From contig NC_009925.1 in the NCBI RefSeq assembly GCF_000018105.1, positions 2,340,001 through 2,372,000 on the forward strand: a stretch of 32,000 bases of DNA. Reading direction: 5' to 3'. The notes under the pieces were generated by a model. That model was not told the DNA's origin, ran no database searches, and saw only the letters and a list, made by a program, of their open reading frames with translations. Below are positions 17,091-26,084 of the stretch, in pieces. A program made the translations under genes and the position numbers. The DNA comes from Acaryochloris marina MBIC11017. Its GTDB lineage: Bacteria > Cyanobacteriota > Cyanobacteriia > Thermosynechococcales > Thermosynechococcaceae. Each line of letters starts with the position of its first letter. Within the stretch, counting starts at the first letter, position 1.

Positions 17091-17321
17091 TTTTTATGTA
17101 AAAGAATAAAATTTTAGCCCCAATGATGCCCTATTACAGGTAATTGGGAATACTAAGAGTTAATCGGCAAATAGGTTAGAGTACGATGCGTATTTATGAC
17201 CTCTAGTCACGATAACTTCTAGGACACTCCTAAGGCAATCTGTGAAACAAAATATATATTTTGTAATAAATAGAGCTATGATGGCCCTGACTGTTATTTC
17301 TCCATTAGGAGTTTAACCGGT

Positions 17322-17900
17322 ATGTCCCATCGCGATCCTGTTATGAGTGTTCCCGCTACAGCGGTTGATCCAACTCACGCTCTTCTCCCCCCTCAACAAA
17401 TGGTTGATCTATTGCAAGGTGAAATCCTTTTAGATGTCCGGTCTCATACCCATTGGGGAGGTGCAGTAACGGCAACCATGTACTTACCCCGGGTGCGATC
17501 GCATATTTGGTCTCAGCTCACGACCTATAGTCGCTGGGTGCGGTTCTTTCCCGATATTGTCAAAAGCGAAGTCTTGGAACATGCCTCCAAAACGGCGGAT
17601 CAAACCCATCGTCTTTATCAGGCTGCACGCAAAACGTTCTTCTTGCTGTCTGTCGATGTGGAAATCTTTCTGCGAGTGTCAGAGCGATTCCAAGAGAGCA
17701 TCAAATTTTCCTTGGAACGAGGCAGCTTTAGTGACTTTTCCGCTGACCTGACACTGCAGGATTGTGGAGAGGGTACAATCCTCACCTATTCTGTAGCAGC
17801 TACACCACTGATCCCCATGCCTTCTATTTTTATTCAAGAAGCCATCCGTGCAGATTTACCTGGGAATATGAAGCATATGCGCCAAGCCCTTTGTAGTTAG
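17322..17900 (+). CDS. SRPBCC (polyketide cyclase/dehydrase, START-like) family protein
   Basis: An aggag sequence lies upstream of the ATG. The pattern LPRVRSHIWSQLTTYSRWVRFFPDIVKSEVLE is typical of cyclase/dehydrase-fold proteins. Confidence 0.65.
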   Translation: MSHRDPVMSVPATAVDPTHALLPPQQMVDLLQGEILLDVRSHTHWGGAVTATMYLPRVRSHIWSQLTTYSRWVRFFPDIVKSEVLEHASKTADQTHRLYQAARKTFFLLSVDVEIFLRVSERFQESIKFSLERGSFSDFSADLTLQDCGEGTILTYSVAATPLIPMPSIFIQEAIRADLPGNMKHMRQALCS

Positions 17901-17909
17901 TTTTCACAT

Positions 17910-17935
17910 CAAGCTGTACATGCCAGCTTGTTCTC
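17910..17935 (+). terminator. Weak hairpin or terminator after the SRPBCC gene
   Basis: caagctg (17910-17916) pairs with cagcttg (17924-17930), loop tacatgc, followed by ttctc. The U-tract is poor. Confidence 0.3.
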
Positions 17936-18492
17936 AAAACGCATGCCTCAGCTATTGGTTTGCAAGGTTGCGAAGAAAATGCAATCAGACACCTCGAAAG
18001 ATTGTCTTCTATGTTCCGGCTCCGTTCATACGGCTACTTGAAAGATGGCCAATAGTCTAAAAGACTGATTTAATTTCATCTTCAGTCTTTCTCTCTTGAT
18101 TTAGCTCATTTATTCATATATTGATTGGCCTCTACAACGCTCAGCAGCATTTCAGCAACCGAAAGCCTACTTAACCCAGTACGGGTTAAGCCCATTTTTG
18201 AGCCTCTTCTACGAAAGAACACAGGTTTCAGCTTACGCAAAAATCTAGGTTTCAGCTTCCCGAACTCAGGTTACTTACCTTCAAAACTAACCCTTAAATT
18301 GCGATTGATAATGATCTTTAGAACCTAAGCTTGGGCTAAGTTAAAACCTACATTCTTGTTGAAGACTGTTTTTCAAGTTTTCCTAGCCCAAAGAAGTTCA
18401 CTAGATCGTGCTCAGCGATGGGGTTATGGCTTTCACTCGGATAAGTTGTTATTCAAGGAAATTAACATAAAGACCACTGAAACAATCACTGA

Positions 18493-18903
18493 TTACGTAG
18501 GACAATCCCCCACAAATGCCCAGCAACCATTAGGTGCTGGATAATATGGACACGGTTTGCACCAGACAAAGCCTCCAGCATTAGAAGGTGCAGGCTTTAA
18601 TTGCTCAGTATAGGTAGCCGTTTGGAACGCAGTAAATATACCAGTGCGTTGAGAAGTTGCTATCTTAACAGGCCGGCTGGTAGGGACTGCAAAAGCCTGT
18701 GAATAATCAAAAAGTTCTCCTGAACCCTGATGGAGACTGGCCTGACAAAGAGATACTTTAGATGGTCCAAAGTTTGGGGCAATCGCCTTATTCTCAATTT
18801 CCGCTAACGCCAAATCCGACAAAAAGGTGGCTTGTATAATACTGGATACTGCAATGGCACCAACAGCAAGTCCGAGCTGTTTTGAACACTGTAAGCTAGT
18901 CAT
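18493..18903 (-). CDS. Hypothetical secreted protein with Cys-rich C-terminus (orphan)
   Basis: A strong RBS is present (taaaaggagaacctaATG on the minus strand). A Sec-type signal peptide ends in LALA-EI. The C-terminus is WCKPCPYYPAPNGCWAFVGDCPT. I do not recognise the family. Confidence 0.55.
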   Translation of the reverse strand: MTSLQCSKQLGLAVGAIAVSSIIQATFLSDLALAEIENKAIAPNFGPSKVSLCQASLHQGSGELFDYSQAFAVPTSRPVKIATSQRTGIFTAFQTATYTEQLKPAPSNAGGFVWCKPCPYYPAPNGCWAFVGDCPT

Positions 18904-19413
18904 TAGGTTCTCCTTTTATAAGGGATTAATTGTATTTCCAGAGAGACAAAATCTTTCAATGAGAAATACCCAAGGAAGCCTCTGAGTATTTCCATACGAG
19001 TAATCAAATAAATACTTTAAAAAACCAAAACAGTGACTAATAATGCAAAAAAGCGTTAAATCACCTATTCAATTTTGCAGGAAAGTTAAATTTTGATATT
19101 TACTTTTAAGCTCATAAAAATGAACTTATATACAAATGCTCCGCATGTCAGTCTAATTTCGAGGAAGAAAATAGAGGTTTGAGTAGACTTTTGTAGAAAA
19201 AAGCAGGAAAAAGATGGAGAAAAGTAGAACTCATTATGAGTAGCAATCTAAAAATATCTATTTGCCAATGTTCCAGAAGTAATAGCTCAAAAGATTTGAA
19301 ATGTAAAAATCTTTCTTGAGTAAATGGCTGTCAATATTATTTTCGAGAATAATTTTTAAGATAAAAAAATGGCGGACGATTCTCGTTCATCCAGCATCAA
19401 CATAATGTCATCT

Positions 19414-20691
19414 CTAACGGGTTGATGCTTTAACTTTATTAATCCAACCTTGATGAATTTTGAGAACTTCAGAATAGGGAAGATCGGAGTCAAATATAAG
19501 GTCAAATAGAAATGGAGGAAATCGTTTGGGAAACCAGCGATTGAGGATACGGCCAAGTTGAAGTCGCAAGATAAACTCAGTCACAAGCAACTTATTGCGG
19601 GGAAAAGAATAGTCTGACAGTTCTCGAAGGGCATGAACTTCGGGAATTCTTTGGTCTGAGAACGCTGGTAGGGTCTGAGACCAGTTATCTTGGTGTTGAT
19701 CTAGGAGTTGATTAAACACCCACACATCTTGCAGCGCAGAATTACAGCCTTGACCAATGGAAGCCGACACCGCATGAACGGCATCTCCAATTAAGAGAAT
19801 ATTCGAACCTTCATGAAACCGTTGGCATCGAACTGTGGTAACGTTTGCCACAGGCCGTGACAATAATGCGTCTGCTTCATCCAGAGTCATCAGTGCACCA
19901 AACCGGGGAAAATTCTCTTGGACAAAGGCCAGGATCTCTTCTTTGGTGTTGTATTGGGCGATGGGGCTATGGTCACGCTTAAAAACCAGCACACCATTGA
20001 GCTGTGTATTTCCCTGAGGGACCAACATCATGCGGACATTGTTGGGTAAATTCAAGGTATGGACTTTATCCACAGCCAGTGGTGCACCATCTTCTGGCTG
20101 AGTCAGAAAGACTGATTTATAGGCATCGGGAATTAAAGTTTGTTCGCAGGGGAAGTTAACCTGTTCAACCAATGCCTCTCTTAACTTTGAACGAGCCCCA
20201 TCTGCCCCCACAACGACATCATAGGTATGGGTGATGACTTCACCGTCGGGTTGCTCAAATTGAAGAGTTTGCGCGGCTGAATTGAGGTGAGTACATCGAC
20301 AATTAAACTGGATGACCAACTGATCAGATGAGTACTGGTCTGATAAAAACTGAAGCAAGACCATCACCATCTGTAAGCGATCAATCATCAAGCTAGACAT
20401 CTTGCGAGGAATGGCCCGGCTCTTCCCGGAAGCTTGATGCATGATCGTGCCATTACAAACCGTGCTGCGATCGGCAACAGCCTGTTCCAGGCCAGATATT
20501 GAGCGAAGGGCCTGTTGCCCCCGCTCCTGCAATGAAATGGGAAAGGTTCGATTCTGTACTTGTGGGGTTAGCCTAGGGTCAGCCCGCTGCTCAAACACGC
20601 TGACTCGATATCCAGGTCGTTTTAACAGGTATACCGCTAGTAAAAGCCCAGCAGGACCTGCTCCCACAATCACAACATGCCGATCAGCCAC
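19414..20691 (-). CDS. FAD-dependent aromatic-ring monooxygenase (kynurenine 3-monooxygenase/UbiH-like)
   Basis: The GxGxxG motif (VVIVGAGPAGLLLAVYL), the DG motif (VVGADGARSKLRE) and the GD motif (LLIGDAVHAVSASIGQGCNSALQD) are present. Confidence 0.85.
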   Translation of the reverse strand: MADRHVVIVGAGPAGLLLAVYLLKRPGYRVSVFEQRADPRLTPQVQNRTFPISLQERGQQALRSISGLEQAVADRSTVCNGTIMHQASGKSRAIPRKMSSLMIDRLQMVMVLLQFLSDQYSSDQLVIQFNCRCTHLNSAAQTLQFEQPDGEVITHTYDVVVGADGARSKLREALVEQVNFPCEQTLIPDAYKSVFLTQPEDGAPLAVDKVHTLNLPNNVRMMLVPQGNTQLNGVLVFKRDHSPIAQYNTKEEILAFVQENFPRFGALMTLDEADALLSRPVANVTTVRCQRFHEGSNILLIGDAVHAVSASIGQGCNSALQDVWVFNQLLDQHQDNWSQTLPAFSDQRIPEVHALRELSDYSFPRNKLLVTEFILRLQLGRILNRWFPKRFPPFLFDLIFDSDLPYSEVLKIHQGWINKVKASTR

Positions 20692-20783
20692 AATGTACCT
20701 GCTCTAAGGAATCAGAACATGTGCCAATTATCCCATTTCACTGAAAATCACAGCGTTATCAATGCACAGGAAATCCCAGGCGC

Positions 20784-21179
20784 TTACGTCAAACACAATT
20801 CCGGGGTTGACGCATTCACAACAGGTGCATCTTCAATCACACGATTTTCTTGATCCACCAATACAACCCGAGGTTCAAACCCTTCGATTTCTTCCGATGT
20901 TAACTGGGCATAGGTCATAATAATGACTCGGTCACCCCGGGTACCCAGTCGTGCTGCTGCACCATTTAACTCTACAGCCCCAGAATCAGCAGGAGCTGGA
21001 ATAGCATAAGTGACCAGTCGCTCACCGTTATTCATATTCACGACTTGAACTTGCTCATAGGGCACAATCCCAGCCGCATCCAATAACGTTTGGTCGATAC
21101 TGATACTGCCCACATACTCGAGATTCGTCTCTGTAAGTGTGCAGTGATGGATCTTGGAGAATAAAAAGGTGCGATGCAT
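20784..21179 (-). CDS. panD: Aspartate 1-decarboxylase PanD (pyruvoyl-dependent)
   Basis: [29 protein letters not shown] contains the self-processing Gly-Ser site. I place the start at the internal ATG (21179), because the first 20 codons of the 151-aa track ORF have no PanD counterpart. Confidence 0.88.
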   Translation of the reverse strand: MHRTFLFSKIHHCTLTETNLEYVGSISIDQTLLDAAGIVPYEQVQVVNMNNGERLVTYAIPAPADSGAVELNGAAARLGTRGDRVIIMTYAQLTSEEIEGFEPRVVLVDQENRVIEDAPVVNASTPELCLT

Positions 21180-21290
21180 ATAGACCATTCTACTGTCAGT
21201 CTTTATAGTCTGACTGTAGGTCAGAACACCGATCCTCACCTACGTACTCTAAGATAGGGAGCTGAACCCTGTGTTCGAGCCAACGCCTAC

Positions 21291-21983
21291 TTGAAATTCA
21301 GGACTATGGCTTCTACCATACCCTTAATCAGTGCTGTGAGCCAGTTTGATCGAGTACTCTGGCAAGCAGAGAACTCCGTTCGACAAACCGGTGAATGGGT
21401 TGAGTTTCAATGGCAACGTTTAGGCAATTGGGTATGGGGCAACGAAGCAGCCAGCCTGAATACACCCACGTGGTGGGGCGATATTCTGCTGTGGATTGCT
21501 CGGGTACTAGCCGTGTTAATTGCTCTTTGGGTTTTACGAGCCCTCTATCAGCAACTCAAGGGTTGGCGACGCTGGTTTTCTAGAAAGATAGCCCTGAGCG
21601 ATGCCATTCAGCAGCCTCTCATTGCAGATCACACTACAGTACAAGATTGGCTGCAACAAGCGATCCAGGCTCAAAAGAATGGGGATTACGCCAAGGGCTG
21701 TCGTGCCCTCTATATGGCCTTACTACTGCGGTTAGAAGAAACAGGCTGGATTTACCGAGATCATGCCTTTACCAACCAGGAATATTTGCGCCGATTAGAA
21801 TCTCAATGGGTTTTGAAGGCTAAACCCGCCCGTTTACAAACGACTTGGCAGCAGATTTTTCAAGTCCATGACGCGTCCTACTATGGAGCTGAATCCGTCA
21901 CCTCTGAGACTTTTCAATCTTGTCAGCAAGCCTATGAAACGTTAGACGGAGAGTTGAACCAGCCCCCTGAGGTCAACCCATGA
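21291..21983 (+). CDS. DUF4129-domain membrane protein (first gene of the MoxR cluster)
   Basis: One TM helix is present (ILLWIARVLAVLIALWVL). The C-terminal pattern CRALYMALLLRLEETGWIYRDHAFTNQEYLRRL...FQVHDASYYG is typical of DUF4129. An alternative ATG start is at 21306. The stop overlaps the next start (ATGA at 21980-21983). Confidence 0.68.
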   Translation: MKFRTMASTIPLISAVSQFDRVLWQAENSVRQTGEWVEFQWQRLGNWVWGNEAASLNTPTWWGDILLWIARVLAVLIALWVLRALYQQLKGWRRWFSRKIALSDAIQQPLIADHTTVQDWLQQAIQAQKNGDYAKGCRALYMALLLRLEETGWIYRDHAFTNQEYLRRLESQWVLKAKPARLQTTWQQIFQVHDASYYGAESVTSETFQSCQQAYETLDGELNQPPEVNP

Positions 21984-23125
21984 CCCAAACGGCCCAATCC
22001 TCCCCCACCCGCATTACCCCCAGCAAAGGGCCAGGGAAAAGATGGTTATGGGCAATCTTAGCCGCAGCGGCTTTGCTCATTCTGCTCTTTTTCAGTGCAC
22101 CCAATCAGCAAGACGGGTCAACCTATAGTCGGTCCAATAAAGGCTACCGAGGGTGGTATGACTTTATGGTCGAACAAGGCTACTCCATCAATCGCTGGCA
22201 AAAACCTTATTCTGAGTTACAAGGCCAGAATCAAACCTTGATTCGCATTACTCCAAGCCTAGAGGAGGCTAGGGAGAAGGCCCCTTCTTGGGACAATTTT
22301 GACTCATGGGTATCGCAAGGGAATACAGTTATTCTTTTAACCTGGGATGGTCCTGTAACCGCAGCCTCGTTTAATAGTGATCTTGTCAGTGAAGCCGGTC
22401 CGGTCCGAATCGAAACTGCTCGGCGTCAAAAGATTGGTTCTAAACAGCAAAGCCATCTCAAAGATGACTATGGCAGCGTCGTTTGGTCACAGTCATTTGG
22501 CAAAGGCCAGATGATTTTTGCCACCTATCCTTGGATTGGAGCCAATATCTATGGCGATCAGCCTGGCAATTACCTATTTTTGCAACAGCTAGTGCCTGAG
22601 TCGAAGACGATTTGGATGGATGAATGGTTACATGGCTATCGCGACCAACAAAATCAGTCCGCCGAAGATGCCCGCAATCCTGAGAATCTCTGGTTGTTTT
22701 TTGCCCAAACTCCTGTCGCCGCCATGGCCACCCAAGGTGTCTTAATGACCTTGCTTTGGATTTGGGGGCACAATCATCGGTTTGGCTTACCCTTACGTTT
22801 ACCCCAAGCATCCAAAGATAATAGCCAGCAATATATTCAATCCCTGGCAGGAACTTTGAACCATGCCAATCAGCGAGAATTGGTCCTCACACAGCTCAGC
22901 CAATATTTGCGACAATCCTTAGCTCAACAGCTAGGGCTAACCAGTCAGATGGATAGTCAACTCCCCACCGATACCGCCTTAGCCGCTCAATGGTCGATGA
23001 TATCTGGACGGAATGACCAAGAGTTATTAGAGTTATTACAACCATCAGGCCAGCAGTCGATCACGGATCAGACTCTGTTAGCTTGGGTCAATAAAGCCGA
23101 CGCTATTTTGCAGGATCTCCCTTGA
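21980..23125 (+). CDS. DUF4350-domain membrane protein
   Basis: An N-terminal TM helix (RWLWAILAAAALLILLFF) is followed by STYSRSNKGYRGWYDFMVEQGYSI, then a second TM helix (VAAMATQGVLMTLLWIW). The position between DUF4129 and MoxR matches the conserved gene order of this cluster type. Confidence 0.62.
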   Translation: MTQTAQSSPTRITPSKGPGKRWLWAILAAAALLILLFFSAPNQQDGSTYSRSNKGYRGWYDFMVEQGYSINRWQKPYSELQGQNQTLIRITPSLEEAREKAPSWDNFDSWVSQGNTVILLTWDGPVTAASFNSDLVSEAGPVRIETARRQKIGSKQQSHLKDDYGSVVWSQSFGKGQMIFATYPWIGANIYGDQPGNYLFLQQLVPESKTIWMDEWLHGYRDQQNQSAEDARNPENLWLFFAQTPVAAMATQGVLMTLLWIWGHNHRFGLPLRLPQASKDNSQQYIQSLAGTLNHANQRELVLTQLSQYLRQSLAQQLGLTSQMDSQLPTDTALAAQWSMISGRNDQELLELLQPSGQQSITDQTLLAWVNKADAILQDLP

Positions 23126-24063
23126 ACCCATCCTTTAAACAACTGCAACAGCAGCTTAGCCAAATCGTCATCGGTCAAGACGCTATCGTCGAAGGGCTGC
23201 TGATTGCCCTTTTGGCAGAGGGGCATGTCATTCTCGAAGGAGTCCCAGGAACGGCCAAGACCCTCATTGTTAAACTACTCGCTACGCTGATTAGTGCAGA
23301 TTTTCGGCGTATTCAGCTCACCCCAGATGTCTTACCGGCTGATATTTTGGGGACCAATATTTTTGATTTCAATAGTAAAAGCTTCACCCTTAGCAAGGGT
23401 CCGATTTTTACCCAAATTCTGCTAGCAGATGAAATCAACCGCACACCACCCAAAACCCAGGCGGCCTTGCTCGAAGCGATGGAAGAGCGGCAAGTCACGC
23501 TGGATGGGAAAACCATTGCCCTGTCAAAGCTGTTTTGGACGATTGCCACCCAAAACCCCCTGGAGTTTGAAGGCACGTACCCCCTACCCGAAGCCCAGTT
23601 AGACCGATTCTTGCTAAAGCTGGTGGTCTCCTACCCTGGTAAAGCAGCCGAACAACAGATGCTCCACAATATCCTCAGTGGTTTCGAGCCACGGGATTTA
23701 AAGCAAATGCCCCTTGAGCCCGTCATTACGGTTGATCAAGTATTAGAGGCACGGCAACAGGTGCGTCGAATCCGGGTCGAAGGCCAAGTGCTCGATTATT
23801 TGCTCGAGCTAGTGATGGCCAGTCGGCAACAAACGGAGTTGATGCTAGGGGCCTCTCCTCGAGCAGCCGTGGGTTGGCTACGGGCTGCTCAAGCCCATGC
23901 TTGGCTAGCCGCTCGGGATTTTGTGACACCGGATGATGTGAAAACGATTGCTGCCCCTCTACTACAACATCGCTTGATCCTGAAACCTGAAGCCCAGCTC
24001 GATGGTGTGTCAATGGACCAAGTCATTCAGACTTTGCTGACCCGCGTCCCGGTACCTCGATGA
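23122..24063 (+). CDS. MoxR-family AAA+ ATPase
   Basis: Walker A (EGVPGTAKT), Walker B (ILLADEINR) and the sensor region (ATQNPLEFEGTYPLPEAQLDRF) are present. The start is TTG and overlaps the upstream stop (TTGA at 23122-23125). Confidence 0.92.
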   Translation: MNPSFKQLQQQLSQIVIGQDAIVEGLLIALLAEGHVILEGVPGTAKTLIVKLLATLISADFRRIQLTPDVLPADILGTNIFDFNSKSFTLSKGPIFTQILLADEINRTPPKTQAALLEAMEERQVTLDGKTIALSKLFWTIATQNPLEFEGTYPLPEAQLDRFLLKLVVSYPGKAAEQQMLHNILSGFEPRDLKQMPLEPVITVDQVLEARQQVRRIRVEGQVLDYLLELVMASRQQTELMLGASPRAAVGWLRAAQAHAWLAARDFVTPDDVKTIAAPLLQHRLILKPEAQLDGVSMDQVIQTLLTRVPVPR

Positions 24064-25520
24064 CTAACGCTTCTCAGTCCGAGTTTATTTCTCCCTTTCA
24101 TCGGCAATCTGATTCGGTGGTACAGCCGCCAGCAAAACCCAGTCCCCCGCAGCCCACTATTCCTCATTTATTGCCAACATCTCGGCTGTATTTGATATTA
24201 GGGCTGGGACTCCTTATCCCCTTAGGTCTGGCCTGGATTCCAGGAGATGGCATCGAGTTAGGTTGGGCGGCCATGCTTCTCTTCGACATTGTGGTGTTGA
24301 TGGTAACCTGGGTCGATTACCAGCGATCGCAACGGTGGGATATTCAAATCACTCGCCATTGTGACCCACGACTATCCATTGGCCGAGATAACCCCATTCA
24401 CTTAACCGTGACCGTTGGTTCTGGCCCTGGCAAAGCCAGACAAGCCAAACTGCACCTTAGAGATAGCTATCCTCAAGACTTTCAAGTCGACCAGGAAACC
24501 CTGATTCTGCAAATTGCCCCCCACACTGACACCGACGTTACCTATCATGTGTTTCCCCCCCAACGGGGAGCCTTTCAATGGCAAGGCGTAACCTTACGGT
24601 TGCTGAGCCCTCAAGGGTTCGCCTGGAGAGCTTGGCAAATTCCCATTGAGACGGAGGTGGATGTCTACCCTGACTTAATGGGGTTGCGGTTACTGTCGGT
24701 GCGCTTAAGTTTGGAGGCAGCAGGCGGCTTACGTCGCCGTCAGCGCACCTTAGGAGGAACCGAGTTTGCCGAATTACAGGAGTACAATCGGGGTGATGAT
24801 CTACGACTGATTGATTGGAAAGCTACGGCCCGTCGAGGACACCCCCTGGTTCGCGTCTGTGAGCCTGAGCGAGACCAGCCCCTCTTGATTTTGCTCGATC
24901 GAGGACGGCTGATGACGGCTCAGGTTGCAGGCCTCAAGAGGTTTGATTGGGCTTTAAATGCAACCCTATCCTTAGCCATGGCAGGACTAAGGCGGGGTGA
25001 TCGTGTGGGCGTTTGTGTGTTTGACAATGATATTCACACCTGGATTCCGCCGCAATCGGGGAATTCCTACCTCTCTCGGATTCTAGAGCAGGTGTATAAC
25101 CTAGAACCGGTGATGACGGAATCAGACTATGTAGCGGTGGCCAGTCGGGTGCTCAGCCAATATACCCGGCGGGCTTTAGTGGTGTTGCTGACGGATATTG
25201 TGGATGCGATCGCATCCAGCGAACTCCTAGCCGCTATGGCTCGTCTATCCCCTAGATTTTTGCCTTTCTGTGTGGCCCTCCGCGATCCCTTAGTCGACAG
25301 TCAGGCCCACCAAGCTTTGGCACTGACCGAAACCGCTAAGGATTTACAAATCCAGCAGTTATACGAACAAGCAGTCGCATTAGACTTACTCCATCAACGA
25401 TCCGTTGCCTTTGCTCAACTGCAGCAACAAGGTGTCTTGGTATTAGATGCCCCAGCCCCCGGCATTAGTGAGCAATTGGTGGATCGATATCTCTTGCTAA
25501 AAGCCCGTAATCGTTTGTAA
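24060..25520 (+). CDS. DUF58-domain protein (vWA-like partner of MoxR) with N-terminal membrane helices
   Basis: The DUF58 core is present (EFAELQEYNRGDDLRLIDWKATARRGHPLVRVCEPERDQPLLILLD), with two N-terminal hydrophobic helices. The start overlaps the MoxR stop (ATGA at 24060-24063). Confidence 0.87.
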   Translation: MTNASQSEFISPFHRQSDSVVQPPAKPSPPQPTIPHLLPTSRLYLILGLGLLIPLGLAWIPGDGIELGWAAMLLFDIVVLMVTWVDYQRSQRWDIQITRHCDPRLSIGRDNPIHLTVTVGSGPGKARQAKLHLRDSYPQDFQVDQETLILQIAPHTDTDVTYHVFPPQRGAFQWQGVTLRLLSPQGFAWRAWQIPIETEVDVYPDLMGLRLLSVRLSLEAAGGLRRRQRTLGGTEFAELQEYNRGDDLRLIDWKATARRGHPLVRVCEPERDQPLLILLDRGRLMTAQVAGLKRFDWALNATLSLAMAGLRRGDRVGVCVFDNDIHTWIPPQSGNSYLSRILEQVYNLEPVMTESDYVAVASRVLSQYTRRALVVLLTDIVDAIASSELLAAMARLSPRFLPFCVALRDPLVDSQAHQALALTETAKDLQIQQLYEQAVALDLLHQRSVAFAQLQQQGVLVLDAPAPGISEQLVDRYLLLKARNRL

Positions 25521-25556
25521 AATGCAGGGCCTACCTGAATCAACCGTCTATTCACC

Positions 25557-26084
25557 GTGTCTTCCGAAGTCGATACCCACCTGCAAATAATGAGCGCCTA
25601 TACCAAGGGCCGTGACGCCTTTGAACATGGTTGCTATCGAGAAGCTGTAGAATCCTTTTTACAAGCCATCGCTTTAGTCAATCGGAATTCCCCTTTGGAC
25701 GGTGAAATGCAAATGTGGCTGGTGACGGCCTATCAAGCCGCAGGACAACAGCAAGAGGCCATTAGTCTATGTCGCAAACTACAGATGCATGCTCACTGGG
25801 AAACTCGCAAGCAAAGTAAGCGACTGCTGTACATTTTAGAAGCCCCGCAACTCGAGAAAAAGTCAGAATGGCTGACCCAAATCCCTGATTTAAGCGATGT
25901 CAATGAAGAAGATGTCAACGAACGGATGGGCGTCGGCACCTTCACACCATCCGTTCCTAAACCTCACCCCCCTGAACCAGAACCAATTGATTGGAGCCAA
26001 GTCGACACCAAAGAAAGCAATATTGTTGGGGTTGCCCTCATTGCACTCCTGCTAGTCCTAGGAGGCTTAGTATGGTTGGGGTGA
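25557..26084 (+). CDS. TPR-like protein with C-terminal transmembrane anchor
   Basis: TPR-like helical pairs are present (AFEHGCYREAVESFLQAIAL ... LVTAYQAAGQQQEAISLCRKL), followed by a Pro-rich linker and a C-terminal helix (IVGVALIALLLVLGGLVWLG). The gene lies 36 nt downstream of DUF58. The start is GTG at 25557 or ATG at 25587. Confidence 0.55.
   Translation: MSSEVDTHLQIMSAYTKGRDAFEHGCYREAVESFLQAIALVNRNSPLDGEMQMWLVTAYQAAGQQQEAISLCRKLQMHAHWETRKQSKRLLYILEAPQLEKKSEWLTQIPDLSDVNEEDVNERMGVGTFTPSVPKPHPPEPEPIDWSQVDTKESNIVGVALIALLLVLGGLVWLG

Noticed and set aside
18170-18300. Pho-box-like CTTAACC(C/T) elements
   Set aside because: The copies are inverted rather than direct repeats with 11-nt phasing, so they do not fit the cyanobacterial Pho-box architecture.
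18125-18544. Plus-strand ORFs 18125-18328 and 18356-18544 in the AT-rich islet
   Set aside because: They have non-ATG starts in the track translation, no RBS, and low-complexity products. The second overlaps the 3' end of the better-supported minus-strand secreted-protein gene. A degraded gene remnant cannot be excluded.
19236-19319. 27-codon Cys-containing ORF (MSSNLKISICQCSRSNSSKDLKCKNLS) in the AT-rich spacer
   Set aside because: It has no RBS, and its composition simply mirrors the AT-rich DNA. It is too short to distinguish from chance without conservation or ribosome-profiling data.
21262-21290. tRNA-like GTTCGAGCC T-loop motif upstream of the MoxR cluster
   Set aside because: The flanking sequence cannot form a T-stem or acceptor stem. 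I saw no other tRNA-like cloverleaf elements in the window.
22458-24013. Antisense ORFs 22458-22811, 23313-23576 and 23726-24013 within the MoxR cluster
   Set aside because: They are shadow ORFs opposite genes with strong motif support, and their products are Arg/Ser/Pro-rich with no domains.
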